Assembly (NCBI GenBank): GCA_965220655.1
Contig: CBDCQO010000012.1
Location: 234,441-298,440 of the forward strand
Source of the DNA: Dehalococcoidia bacterium
GTDB lineage: Bacteria > Chloroflexota > Dehalococcoidia > Lucifugimonadales > Australimonadaceae
Length of the DNA stretch: 64,000 bases
Direction: 5' to 3'
Under the pieces are notes generated by a model. It saw only the letters and a list, made by a program, of their open reading frames with translations. It was not told where the DNA came from and searched no databases. Shown piece by piece: positions 36,433 to 44,884 of this stretch (positions within the stretch are counted from its first letter, which is position 1; every line of letters starts with the position of its first letter). The position numbers were made by a program, and so were the translations under genes.

Positions 36433-38934
36433 CTAAGGCATCCACCTCTTGAGGCGCAGGCTGTTCGTCACGACAGACACGGAGCTGAACGCCATCGCAA
36501 GAGCGGCGAGCATGGGATTCAGGAAGCCGTGCTCGCCGAGTGCCCAGCGCCACGCCTCCGGCACGCCACCGTTCCCGAATACGATGTGGAGAACGCCCGC
36601 TGCGACCGGAATCAGCAGGAGGTTGTAGCCGAACGCCCAGCCGAGGTTCTGCCGGATGGTGCGCATCGTGGAACGGGAGAGGTGCACGGCGGCGCCCGTG
36701 AGCCGAACGTCCGCTGTCATGAGCGCAACGTCGGCTGCTTCCAGTGCCGCGTCCGTACCGGAACCGATAGCGATACCCACGTCTGCCTGGGTCAGCGCGG
36801 GAGCATCATTCACGCCGTCCCCCACCATCCCCACACGCTTTCCTTCCCTCTGGAGGCGCTCGATCTCGGCAGCCTTGGCGCTCGGGAGCACCTCTGCCAT
36901 AACCCGCTGAATGCCGAGTTGGGCCGCGATGCTCTCAGCGACGGGCCGCACGTCGCCGGAGAGTATCGCCACTTCCAGTCCCATCGCCTTGAGCGCTGCA
37001 ACGGCTTCCGCCGATTCTTCTCGCACGATGTCTGCGACGCCCAGGATGCCGATGACAAGGTCGTTCCGCAGCACGACGAGAGGTGTCCTGCCGCGCTCTG
37101 CCAGTACACGGACCGCCGATTCCGCCGTTCCACCGAGAGCGATGTCTGCGCTCCGCACCAGCCCAAGCCCGCCGACGGTGATGGCATCCACGTCCACGGT
37201 TGCGCGCACACCGAGTCCAGGCGCCGACTGGAAGTCCGAGGCACGAGGGAGATTGAGTCCCCTGTCCTTCGCTGCCCGTACGACGGCGGCTGCGATGGGA
37301 TGCTCGCTCTGCTGCTCCACTGCAGCAGCGAAAGAGAGCAGTTCGTTTTCGGAGATGCCGCGCGGGAGTACGTCTGTGACCTGGGGTTCTCCCTTCGTCA
37401 GGGTTCCTGTCTTGTCAAAGACGACAACCTCCAGCTTGTGGGCTTGTTCCAACGCCTCGGCTCCGCGTATGAGCACGCCGTGCCGGGCGCCCGAGCCTGC
37501 ACCGACCATGATGGCGGTCGGCGTGGCAAGTCCGAGTGCGCAGGGGCACGCGATGATGAGCACGGCGATGGCGTTGAGCATCGCCGTATCCAGCGCGGGC
37601 TGCGGACCGAGTTGCCACCATGCGAGGAAGGTAAGTGCGGCGATAGTGAGCACACCCGGAACGAAGTAAGCCGCCACGGTGTCGGCGAGCCGCTGCACGG
37701 GTGCGCGGGAACCTTGCGCCTCTTGCACCATCCTGATGATCTGCGCGATGGCCGTTGCGCTTCCGACTTTGGTCGCTTCGATGGAGATGCCCCCCGACGT
37801 GTTCACGGAACCTCCGAACACCACGTCGCCCGCCTGCTTTTCGACGGGGATGCTCTCGCCGGTGAGCATGGACTCGTCGACGGCGGTCGTTCCTTCGGTC
37901 ACGACGCCATCCACGGGGATGCGCTCGCCAGGACGTATCGTGACGGCGTCGCCGGGGATGACGTCACTTGCGGATACGTCCCGCTCCTCGCCGTTCCGCG
38001 TGACGCGGGCGGTCTGCGGCTGCATGCCGATGAGCGTTCGGATGGCGTCCGACGCGCTGCCCTTCGCTCTGGCCTCCAGCAGCCTGCCGAAGAGGACGAG
38101 AGCGATGATGACGGTAGAGGTGTCGAAGTATGTCTCGCCGTTCCCGATGGTGCTCCCTGAAAGAGTCACGGCCGCGCTGTAGAAGTAGGCAGTAGAGGAG
38201 CCCAGCGCGATGAGCGTGTTCATGTTGGAGGTGCGGTGCTGCAGGGCGCTCCACGCGCTCGCGTATATCTGCCGTGCGGCCCGGAACTGCACCGGTGTCG
38301 CGACCACGAGAGCGATGGCATTGACCCACGGCATGCCCACCCCACGCTCGATGGTAGGAATGAGCATGAGCAGCATGATCGCGGCCGCGCTCGCCATACT
38401 GAACACTGCGCGGTTCCTGAGGTCGCGTATCTCTACCCGTCGTGACAGCCGCTCCAACTCAGCGCCCATAGCGTCTGCGCCGGTCACATAGGCGCCGCTG
38501 AAGCCTGCGGCCGCGGTGGTATCCCGCAGCACAGCGGGAGAGACCGTCCCGGGGACGATAGTGAGCGTGATCTGTTCGGCGGCGGGATTCGCGGCCGTGC
38601 GGAGTACGCCGTCAATGCTCTTGAGCCGTGCTTCGAGCGTCTTGGCTGAGTCTGCGTCAGCCAGACCGGGAACGGTGAGCACGGCGCTCTCCTCCGCCAT
38701 GCCATAGCCCACCGACCGCACAGCGTCCCGCATCGCTGCGATGCGCTGCCCGGCTGGCGCGAACGTCACCGCTGCCGTCTCTGACGCGAGGTTCACAACC
38801 ACCCCGGACACGCCGTCGACGCGGGCGATGGCATTCGTCACCGTGCTCACGCACGCGGCGCATGTCATGCCCTCGATGGGCAGGACGATGTTTCGTTGGT
38901 GATGCTGCTGGTGCTGCCCGGTTGCTGTGGACAT
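36433..38934 (-). CDS. copA: Copper-translocating P1B-type ATPase
   Basis: Track ORF of 833 aa. N-terminal [11 protein letters not shown], transmembrane CPC (IACPCALG), [17 protein letters not shown]. The second HMA-like repeat lacks CxxC (GLADADSA). Confidence 0.95.
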   Translation of the reverse strand: MSTATGQHQQHHQRNIVLPIEGMTCAACVSTVTNAIARVDGVSGVVVNLASETAAVTFAPAGQRIAAMRDAVRSVGYGMAEESAVLTVPGLADADSAKTLEARLKSIDGVLRTAANPAAEQITLTIVPGTVSPAVLRDTTAAAGFSGAYVTGADAMGAELERLSRRVEIRDLRNRAVFSMASAAAIMLLMLIPTIERGVGMPWVNAIALVVATPVQFRAARQIYASAWSALQHRTSNMNTLIALGSSTAYFYSAAVTLSGSTIGNGETYFDTSTVIIALVLFGRLLEARAKGSASDAIRTLIGMQPQTARVTRNGEERDVSASDVIPGDAVTIRPGERIPVDGVVTEGTTAVDESMLTGESIPVEKQAGDVVFGGSVNTSGGISIEATKVGSATAIAQIIRMVQEAQGSRAPVQRLADTVAAYFVPGVLTIAALTFLAWWQLGPQPALDTAMLNAIAVLIIACPCALGLATPTAIMVGAGSGARHGVLIRGAEALEQAHKLEVVVFDKTGTLTKGEPQVTDVLPRGISENELLSFAAAVEQQSEHPIAAAVVRAAKDRGLNLPRASDFQSAPGLGVRATVDVDAITVGGLGLVRSADIALGGTAESAVRVLAERGRTPLVVLRNDLVIGILGVADIVREESAEAVAALKAMGLEVAILSGDVRPVAESIAAQLGIQRVMAEVLPSAKAAEIERLQREGKRVGMVGDGVNDAPALTQADVGIAIGSGTDAALEAADVALMTADVRLTGAAVHLSRSTMRTIRQNLGWAFGYNLLLIPVAAGVLHIVFGNGGVPEAWRWALGEHGFLNPMLAALAMAFSSVSVVTNSLRLKRWMP

Positions 38935-39013
38935 GGCTTGACGGACGTTAGGGGAAGGTTAATGGCGGATACGGAGATAGTACCATCGGTGCGCCAGCCC
39001 TATACTTGCGCGG

Positions 39014-39217
39014 ATGAATGGCATGATGGCGACAGGGGTCATTCTCATAATCGGGCTGGGGGCGCTGGCGGCGCTCGTGGTGCTGCTCGCGCTGCTCACA
39101 CCGCTGCCGTGGTGGGGGGCGCTGATCCTGCTCCCGGTGCTCGATGCGGCGCTCATCCTCTGGGCGCGCCGCAGGCTGAAGCGCCCGGCGAGCACAGCCG
39201 GTGACGCCGGGGCCTAG
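39014..39217 (+). CDS. Small two-TM membrane protein (hypothetical)
   Basis: Track ORF of 67 aa. Two hydrophobic helices and a basic tail, with GC-rich third codon positions like the neighbouring genes. TATACT lies 7 nt upstream of the ATG with no SD. Confidence 0.5.
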   Translation: MNGMMATGVILIIGLGALAALVVLLALLTPLPWWGALILLPVLDAALILWARRRLKRPASTAGDAGA

Positions 39218-39780
39218 AGGGGCATCCCCCAGATGGGGTACCACTCCTTGATGGCGCGCGAGGTGGGGATGTCCTTCCTCGATGCCTGCTCCATCCGCAG
39301 TTCCAGCGGATGGTCGCGGGTCTCCGGCTCGCCGCCCGTCGCCGGGGCGAACGGCGTGAACGCCCTGATGCGCGGCTGGTAGATCCAGTAGATCTCCTGC
39401 TCCTTCCATCTGAACGCATAGACCGCCGCGAGCACCCGCGGACCGATGCCCATCGACACGAGCGTTTCCCCGATGATACGGGTCGAGTTTGCCAGCGCGG
39501 GCAGCCCGGAATCCCGCACGATGATCCATGGATGGGGGTGCTCGGAATCGTCCAGCACCACATCCCACCGAGCCTCCGAGGACTTCAGGTGCGCCAGGGC
39601 ACGCTCCAACTCTGCCTTGGCCTGGACCGCATCCTGGTCCTCAGAGGGACGGACGAGCACGCCGGCCTTGCCGGTGGTGAAGGTGTCGAGCACCTCCTCG
39701 AACACCTGCGCGGCGCTGGCCATCGCCTCGTTCGCCTCGCTCCATTCTGCGCTACGCGGTCGGGAGAGGAACTTGCACAT
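39214..39780 (-). CDS. Hypothetical protein co-oriented 5 nt downstream of htpX
   Basis: Track ORF of 188 aa. I recognise no motif. Trp/Tyr-rich C-half (FRWKEQEIYWIYQP, KEWYPIWGMPL). An alternative start is M20. Confidence 0.6.
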   Translation of the reverse strand: MCKFLSRPRSAEWSEANEAMASAAQVFEEVLDTFTTGKAGVLVRPSEDQDAVQAKAELERALAHLKSSEARWDVVLDDSEHPHPWIIVRDSGLPALANSTRIIGETLVSMGIGPRVLAAVYAFRWKEQEIYWIYQPRIRAFTPFAPATGGEPETRDHPLELRMEQASRKDIPTSRAIKEWYPIWGMPL

Positions 39781-39785
39781 GGGGA

Positions 39786-40700
39786 CTACCCGGTCAGCAT
39801 CCCTGTCCGCTCCAGCTCGAGCAGGCGCTCGATCCGGCGGGCCATGGGAGGGTGTGTGGAGAAGAGGCTGGCGAAGCCGTCGCCGATCGCAGGCATGATG
39901 AAGAACGCGTTGAGCGTCTCGGCGCGGCGCAGGTCGTTCTGGGGAAGGCCGGTGATGGAGCCGCCGATGCGCTGGAGTGCGTTCGCGAGGTCGCGGGGGC
40001 GGTTGGTGAGGATGGCGGCGCCCCGGTCAGCCGCGTACTCCCGGTAGCGCGAGAGCGCGGCGATGAGCACCTGGCTGATGACCCAGACGAGGATGGTGAC
40101 GAGGTAGGCAATCAGGATGTAGCTGCCCGCACTCCCGCTCCTGCTGCGCCCGAAGCCTCCGCCGAAGAGCGCCGACCAGAAGAAGAGTGACATGAGCGTG
40201 GAAGCCACGACGGAGAGGAAGCTGGCGTAGGTCATCACCTGCACGTCGCGCGATGCGATGTGGCTTATCTCGTGGGCGAGCACGCCCTCAAGTTCCCGCT
40301 CATTGAGGATGCGCAGCAAACCAGTGGTGACGGCCACTGCTGCGTGCTTCTGGCTGCGTCCTGTAGCGAACGCGTTCGGGACACTCATGTCCGCGACGGC
40401 GACCTTCGGCTTGGGTATCCCCGCCGACATCGCGAGGCGGTCAATCATCGCATGCAACTCCGGCGCTTCCTCCGGCGTCACGACCTTCGCGCGCATCGAA
40501 GTGAGCACGAGCTTGTCGGAGAGGAAGAACTGCACGAGCACGAGCACGACGGCGAAGCCGAGCATGACGGTCGCGCCCGCAACGGATATGAGGAACCAGA
40601 GGAAGAGACCGTACACGAGGCCGAGCAGCAGCATCGTGAAGAGCATGCGCGCTCGGAGCTGGTTGTCCCGGCCTACGCGGCGCGGTTGGAACATCGTCAT
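39786..40700 (-). CDS. htpX: M48-family zinc metalloprotease HtpX
   Basis: Track ORF of 304 aa. Four TM segments, HEISHIASRD (HExxH) and the downstream EYAADRGA. Confidence 0.92.
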   Translation of the reverse strand: MTMFQPRRVGRDNQLRARMLFTMLLLGLVYGLFLWFLISVAGATVMLGFAVVLVLVQFFLSDKLVLTSMRAKVVTPEEAPELHAMIDRLAMSAGIPKPKVAVADMSVPNAFATGRSQKHAAVAVTTGLLRILNERELEGVLAHEISHIASRDVQVMTYASFLSVVASTLMSLFFWSALFGGGFGRSRSGSAGSYILIAYLVTILVWVISQVLIAALSRYREYAADRGAAILTNRPRDLANALQRIGGSITGLPQNDLRRAETLNAFFIMPAIGDGFASLFSTHPPMARRIERLLELERTGMLTG

Positions 40701-40786
40701 CCTTCCATCCCCCTCTTCATTCCAGGGACGTCGGTCCCATGATAGCGCGTCCGTCTGCGGGTTGCCTCTCTCAGGCGGCAGTCTCG

Positions 40787-41980
40787 CTACGCTGTACCCA
40801 GCTTGTTGATGGCTGCGCGGAAGCCGGGTGCCGCGCCTTCCAGCGCGGACTGGTGGACGCAGTAGGAGATGCGGAAGTAGCCCGGCATGCCGAACCCGCG
40901 CCCGGGCACGACGAGCACGCCCTCCTCCTGCAGCGCCTGGATGAGCAGCATCTCATCTTCCACCGGCGACTGCGGGAAGAGGTAGAACGCACCCTCGGGC
41001 TTGCGAACGTTGTAGCCCGCCGACGTGAGCACGTCACAGAGGTAGTCGCGCTTGGCCTGGTAGTCGCTGACGTCTACCGTCACGCGCTGCAGTCCGCGCA
41101 CCAGGTGCTGCATGATGGCCGGGGCGTTCACGAACCCCAGCACGCGATTGCAGAAGGTGAACGCGTCCATCAGTTCGCCCGCCTCCTCGCAGCCGGGGTG
41201 TACGGCCAGGTAACCGATGCGGTCGCCCGGGAGCGCGAGGTCCTTGGCATGCGATGTTGCGGTGATGGTGCGCTCGTACCCGAGCTGCGGGAACGGGTAG
41301 GTGAGGCCGTCGTAGATGATGCGGCGGTACGGCTCGTCGCTCACGAGGTAGATAGCCGTGCCGTGCTCGTCGCTCTTGCGCCGCAGCAGGCTGGCAAGGT
41401 CGGCGATGAACGACTGCGGGTAGATGACGCCGGACGGGTTGTTCGGCGAGTTGAGGATGACGACCTTCGAGCGCGGAGTGAGCTTGCGTTCCAGTTCGTC
41501 GAGATCCGGCGTGAAGTTCTCGTCGCAGCCGACGACGACAGGCGTCGCGCCGTGGTTGTACGCGTAGAAGAGGTATTCGGCGAAGTAGGGCGCCAGGATG
41601 ACAACCTCGTCTCCGGGGTCGCAGAGGGAGCGGATGGCGATGTTGAGGGCGGCTGCCGCGCCGCACGTCATCAGCACGTGCTGGGCTCCGTAGGGAAGGC
41701 CGGACTCCCCGGCGAGCGTGTCGGCGACGGCCTGGCGCGTCTCCGGGTAGCCGGCGTTGGGCATGTAGCGGTGCGCGCCGGGCGCCGGGGTGTCGGCCAG
41801 GCTGCGCAGCGCTTCGAAGAACTCGGACGGCGGCTCGACGACGGGGTTGCCGAGCGAGAGGTCGAAGACGTTCTCCTCACCGCGCTCGCGCTTGAGGGCG
41901 ATGCCGAGCTCGAACATGCGCCGTATCCACGAGCTGTTCTCCATGTGCTGCCTGACGTTCGACGCTATGGCCACGCTCAT
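40787..41980 (-). CDS. Class I/II pyridoxal-phosphate-dependent aminotransferase
   Basis: Track ORF of 397 aa. LGNP, NSPNNPSG, and the SHAKDLALPGDRIGY Lys region. Confidence 0.9.
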   Translation of the reverse strand: MSVAIASNVRQHMENSSWIRRMFELGIALKRERGEENVFDLSLGNPVVEPPSEFFEALRSLADTPAPGAHRYMPNAGYPETRQAVADTLAGESGLPYGAQHVLMTCGAAAALNIAIRSLCDPGDEVVILAPYFAEYLFYAYNHGATPVVVGCDENFTPDLDELERKLTPRSKVVILNSPNNPSGVIYPQSFIADLASLLRRKSDEHGTAIYLVSDEPYRRIIYDGLTYPFPQLGYERTITATSHAKDLALPGDRIGYLAVHPGCEEAGELMDAFTFCNRVLGFVNAPAIMQHLVRGLQRVTVDVSDYQAKRDYLCDVLTSAGYNVRKPEGAFYLFPQSPVEDEMLLIQALQEEGVLVVPGRGFGMPGYFRISYCVHQSALEGAAPGFRAAINKLGTA

Positions 41981-42071
41981 CTCCTCGCGTTCGCGGGCTA
42001 CGGCCGGATGCGGCGCGCCTGCCCGCCTCTGCTAACATTGCCTCGTTAACCCTACGATACCGGAGGGACGG

Positions 42072-42323
42072 ATGGCTGCGGAGACCGGCAAGCGTCTGGA
42101 GTGCGCCGACCTGGGCGCGCAGTACATGATCACGAAGGGGGGGGGCGGGGAGTTGTCCTGCGTGTCCGCCGCCGACGGCGAGGCGGACCAGCTGGGCAAA
42201 CGCTACCAGGACGAGGCGACGGGCATCATGGTGCTGTGCACGAAGGCGGGCTCGTCCCGCATCCACTGCGACGGGCGTCCGATGGCGATGCTGGAGGCGC
42301 GCAAGCTGCCGTCGTCCGACTAG
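42072..42323 (+). CDS. Small protein with two degenerate zinc-ribbon-like repeats (hypothetical)
   Basis: Track ORF of 83 aa with SD GGAGGGA. Internal repeat GKRLECADLGAQYMITKGGGGELSC / GKRYQDEATGIMVLCTKAGSSRIHCDGRPM. Confidence 0.6.
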   Translation: MAAETGKRLECADLGAQYMITKGGGGELSCVSAADGEADQLGKRYQDEATGIMVLCTKAGSSRIHCDGRPMAMLEARKLPSSD

Positions 42324-42772
42324 TCCTTCAGCCACTCGTAGAGGTGGTAGTGCTCGCGGGTCATTCCGAGGGCCTCGTAGACGCGCTGGGCGGGCTCGTT
42401 CCGTTTGTCGACGTAGAGGCGGAGCCCGACGAGTTCATCGGAGCGCTCGACCTGCTCGCGGAGGTGGGTGTAGAGCGTCGAGTAGACGCCACGGCGGCGC
42501 GCCTCCGGCATGACGTAAACCGAGTGGATCCAGAGCACGACGCCGTTCCGCCAGTCGCTCCACTCGGTGACGGTCATCAGCATACCGACGGGAGCCTCGT
42601 CCTCCTCGGCGAGCCAGTACTCCGCGTGGACGCGGTCCTCCAGCACGGCGCGCACGCCGTCCGTGAGCGTTGCGAGGTCGAGCTCGGCCCCCTCGCTCTC
42701 GACGGCCATCGCCATCTGCGCGTCGACGATGAACCGCAGGTCGTCGCGGTTGGCGCGGCGGACGACGATCAT
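42320..42772 (-). CDS. GNAT-family N-acetyltransferase
   Basis: Track ORF of 150 aa. Acetyl-CoA motif VYVMPEARRRGVYSTLY. Confidence 0.88.
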   Translation of the reverse strand: MIVVRRANRDDLRFIVDAQMAMAVESEGAELDLATLTDGVRAVLEDRVHAEYWLAEEDEAPVGMLMTVTEWSDWRNGVVLWIHSVYVMPEARRRGVYSTLYTHLREQVERSDELVGLRLYVDKRNEPAQRVYEALGMTREHYHLYEWLKD

Positions 42773-42779
42773 GGCGCTG

Positions 42780-43427
42780 CTACGCTGCGACCTTGCGCAT
42801 GACGGCGACGACCTTGCCGTGCACCTGGACGCTGTCGGCGGGAACGATGATGGGCTCCATCGCCGGGTTCGCGGGCATGAGGCGCACGTTCTCGCCCTCT
42901 AGGTAGAAGTGCTTGAGCGTCGCCTCCTCCTGCATCGGGAGCCATGCCGCGACCATGTCGCCGTTGCGGGCGTCGCGCGTATGGCGTAGCACCACGATGT
43001 CGCCGTCGGTCACGAACGCGTCGATCATCGAGTAGCCCTTCACGCGCAGGGCGTAGAGGTTGTCCGGGTCGCGGGGCGTCAACTCGGGCGGGAGGGCGAA
43101 CGAGTCGTGGTCGCCGTCCGCATAGGCGCCGGCCTCGGGAACGGGGATCGGTTCGCCCGCGGCGATCGCGCCGAGCACCGGGATGCGCGACACCTCGACA
43201 AGGTCCGCCTCCGACTCGCCGACGAGTTCGATGGCGCGGGAGATGTCGGGGGAGCGGCGGATGTAGCCGTCGCGCTCGAGCAGGCGGAGGTTGTAGTCAA
43301 CGACGGACGTGGAGCTGATGCCGCACGCGAGCTGTATCTCGCGGATGGACGGCATGTAGCTGCGGTCGGTGTGGTACTCGCGCAGGAAGTCGAGGATCTC
43401 CTGCTGGCGCGTCGAGATGGCTGGCAT
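42780..43427 (-). CDS. lexA: LexA repressor
   Basis: Track ORF of 215 aa. wHTH N-terminus (TRQQEILDFL...PSIREI), cleavage-site AAG (GAIAAGEP), and S24 Ser/Lys (VKGYSM ... TLKHF). Confidence 0.93.
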   Translation of the reverse strand: MPAISTRQQEILDFLREYHTDRSYMPSIREIQLACGISSTSVVDYNLRLLERDGYIRRSPDISRAIELVGESEADLVEVSRIPVLGAIAAGEPIPVPEAGAYADGDHDSFALPPELTPRDPDNLYALRVKGYSMIDAFVTDGDIVVLRHTRDARNGDMVAAWLPMQEEATLKHFYLEGENVRLMPANPAMEPIIVPADSVQVHGKVVAVMRKVAA

Positions 43428-43449
43428 AAGGCGGCCTCCGTGCGTAATC

Positions 43450-43463
43450 AGAACGTGCGTTCT
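43450..43463. promoter_or_regulatory. LexA operator (Cheo-type SOS box)
   Basis: AGAACGTGCGTTCT, a perfect AGAAC-N4-GTTCT palindrome. It lies 23 nt upstream of the lexA ATG and immediately downstream of the -10 element. Confidence 0.85.
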
Positions 43464-43493
43464 AGGCTAGAAGGCCGCGCGTACACCTGTCAA
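43464..43493 (-). promoter_or_regulatory. lexA promoter
   Basis: On the minus strand: TTGACA (43493..43488) - 18 nt - TAGCCT (43469..43464), abutting the SOS box. Confidence 0.6.
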
Positions 43494-43537
43494 CGGGGTC
43501 GTGTCGCAGTTTGCGCGGATGTGCCGGAAGAGGCGCG

Positions 43538-43792
43538 TTACTCGGCGGAGGCGGCGTTGAGCCGCTTGGTGAGGCGGGACTTGCTCCGCGCGGCGGCGTT
43601 GCGGTGGACGATGCCCTTGGAGACGGCGCGGTCGAGCCTGCTGACCGCCGTGAGGACGCTGGCGCCTGCCGCTTCGCTGTTGGTGTTGAGCGCTCGGACG
43701 GCCTTCTTGACCGCCGTGCGGGTGCTGGAGCGGACGCGCCGGTTGACGATGCGGCGGCGCTCCTGGACTCGTGCTGCTTTCTTCGCTGGCAT
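43538..43792 (-). CDS. rpsT: 30S ribosomal protein S20
   Basis: Track ORF of 84 aa. Basic, with the pattern KKAARVQERRRIVNRRVRS...IVHRNAAARSKSRL. SD GGAG. Confidence 0.92.
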   Translation of the reverse strand: MPAKKAARVQERRRIVNRRVRSSTRTAVKKAVRALNTNSEAAGASVLTAVSRLDRAVSKGIVHRNAAARSKSRLTKRLNAASAE

Positions 43793-43883
43793 TGATGCTC
43801 CGTGGGACCTGTTCTTGTCGCTGACGGCCTATTATCGCTCACCGGGGCCTCGTTTGGCCAGAGGCGAAGTGGTTGCCGGACTC

Positions 43884-44111
43884 GACCAAGGCGCTCAACC
43901 GGCATCGAATTCTGATCCCCTTGGTCTGAGATTACGAGTAAAGCCAAGGCCTAATCTGATCCCCTTGGTCGCCTTGGTCGGAGGCTTCCGCCAGGCCGTG
44001 GCCTGCTTCCCGCGACCAAGAGACCAAGGCGTTCATCGATTTCAAAGTTCTGCGTTACGGCCATAGACTCCGTTGATGGCTGAAGCCATGGGCTATAAAC
44101 GCAGTCTATGG
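43884..44111. other. Structured, repeat-bearing non-coding region (function unknown)
   Basis: 16-nt direct repeat tctgatccccttggtc (43911..43926, 43955..43970). Pairings: gaccaagg (43884) with ccttggtc (43919); cgccttggtc (43970..43979) with gaccaaggcg (44022..44031); ccatagact (44061) with agtctatgg (44103). No plausible ORF. Confidence 0.6.
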
Positions 44112-44187
44112 GTGCTGCCAGCGCGACGGTCATGTCACCAGCGTACGCGGAGGCGGGGCGTTCGCGAAAGGGGCGCGTGTCACATCC

Positions 44188-44742
44188 TCAATCTGCTGGC
44201 ACCTGCAGCGTGCCGTCATAGCCGACGAGGAGTTGCCCGAAGGGGGTTTCAATGCGCACGGAGACGTCCATCGCACCGGGGACGCTCGCTGAGCGGCGTT
44301 CCGTGCCCCACGTGTGGATCGAGAGCCAGCGCGGGATGGGCCAGCGGCGTCCGAGGGCGCGCAGCAGCATGCGGTCCGACCAGTGGGTGAGCGACTCGCT
44401 GTCCGAGGTGACGGTCATGGGGAAGTCCAGCGAGCCGTAACGTTCAATCAGCAGGCCGTCCTCGGCCCACTGCTCGGTGGGGAAGCGCCAGTCGCCGATG
44501 CGCCGGTCCCAGTGCTCCTGCCTGCTCTCACGGCGCACGTGCAATTCCACCGCCACGCGCCCCTCAGTTCGAGGCATCCGGAGCGCCCACCGCACGAGTC
44601 CGGCCCCGACGAAGCGTCCGAGCGTCACGTCCATCCAACCGCTGGCGGCGAACTGCGTGTCCGTTCCGTGCACCTGCTTGAGCACGTCCGGCAAGCCGTG
44701 CCAGGCGTCGCCGAGGAGGCGGTGGTAGAGGGCGGGGGTCAT
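44188..44742 (-). CDS. DUF4166-like protein
   Basis: Track ORF of 184 aa. The N-terminus LYHRLLGDAWHGLPDVLKQVH matches the DUF4166 start as I recall it. No neighbouring saccharopine-dehydrogenase-like partner. Confidence 0.6.
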   Translation of the reverse strand: MTPALYHRLLGDAWHGLPDVLKQVHGTDTQFAASGWMDVTLGRFVGAGLVRWALRMPRTEGRVAVELHVRRESRQEHWDRRIGDWRFPTEQWAEDGLLIERYGSLDFPMTVTSDSESLTHWSDRMLLRALGRRWPIPRWLSIHTWGTERRSASVPGAMDVSVRIETPFGQLLVGYDGTLQVPAD

Positions 44743-44773
44743 GGGGCAATGGTAGCGGATGGGGGTAAGGTTA

Positions 44774-44806
44774 CCCGAGAGATGCCTCGGCTACGCTCGG
44801 CATGAC
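44774..44806 (-). repeat. Dispersed repeat, family A copy 3 (short form, reverse orientation)
   Basis: The reverse complement reads gtcATGCCgagcgtagccgaGGCATctctcggg. Confidence 0.7.
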
Positions 44807-44853
44807 AGTCCGCCACCACAGCCCCTCGCCCGGCTCTCTGCGCCCGCGTCTGG

Positions 44854-44873
44854 ATTCCCGCCTGCGCGGGAAT
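44854..44873. repeat. Short palindromic repeat related to family B
   Basis: attcccgc-ctgc-gcgggaat, a perfect 8-bp stem with the same architecture as family B but a covarying stem sequence. Confidence 0.6.
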
Positions 44874-44884
44874 GACGAAATTCC

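Noticed and set aside
36403-38160. 585-aa plus-strand ORF antisense to copA. Similar long shadow ORFs lie at 61558..63708 (+), 57451..59103 (-), 20054..22237 (-), 48682..50274 (+), 53760..55376 (+), 13979..15058 (-), 40739..42049 (+), 50912..52216 (+), 25442..26755 (-), 23117..24343 (-), 17821..18966 (-) and 28745..30352 (-).
   Set aside because: All overlap confidently identified genes on the other strand or in another frame. They have biased Arg/Gly/Ala/Pro/His composition and no family signatures, so I treat them as GC-driven artefacts.
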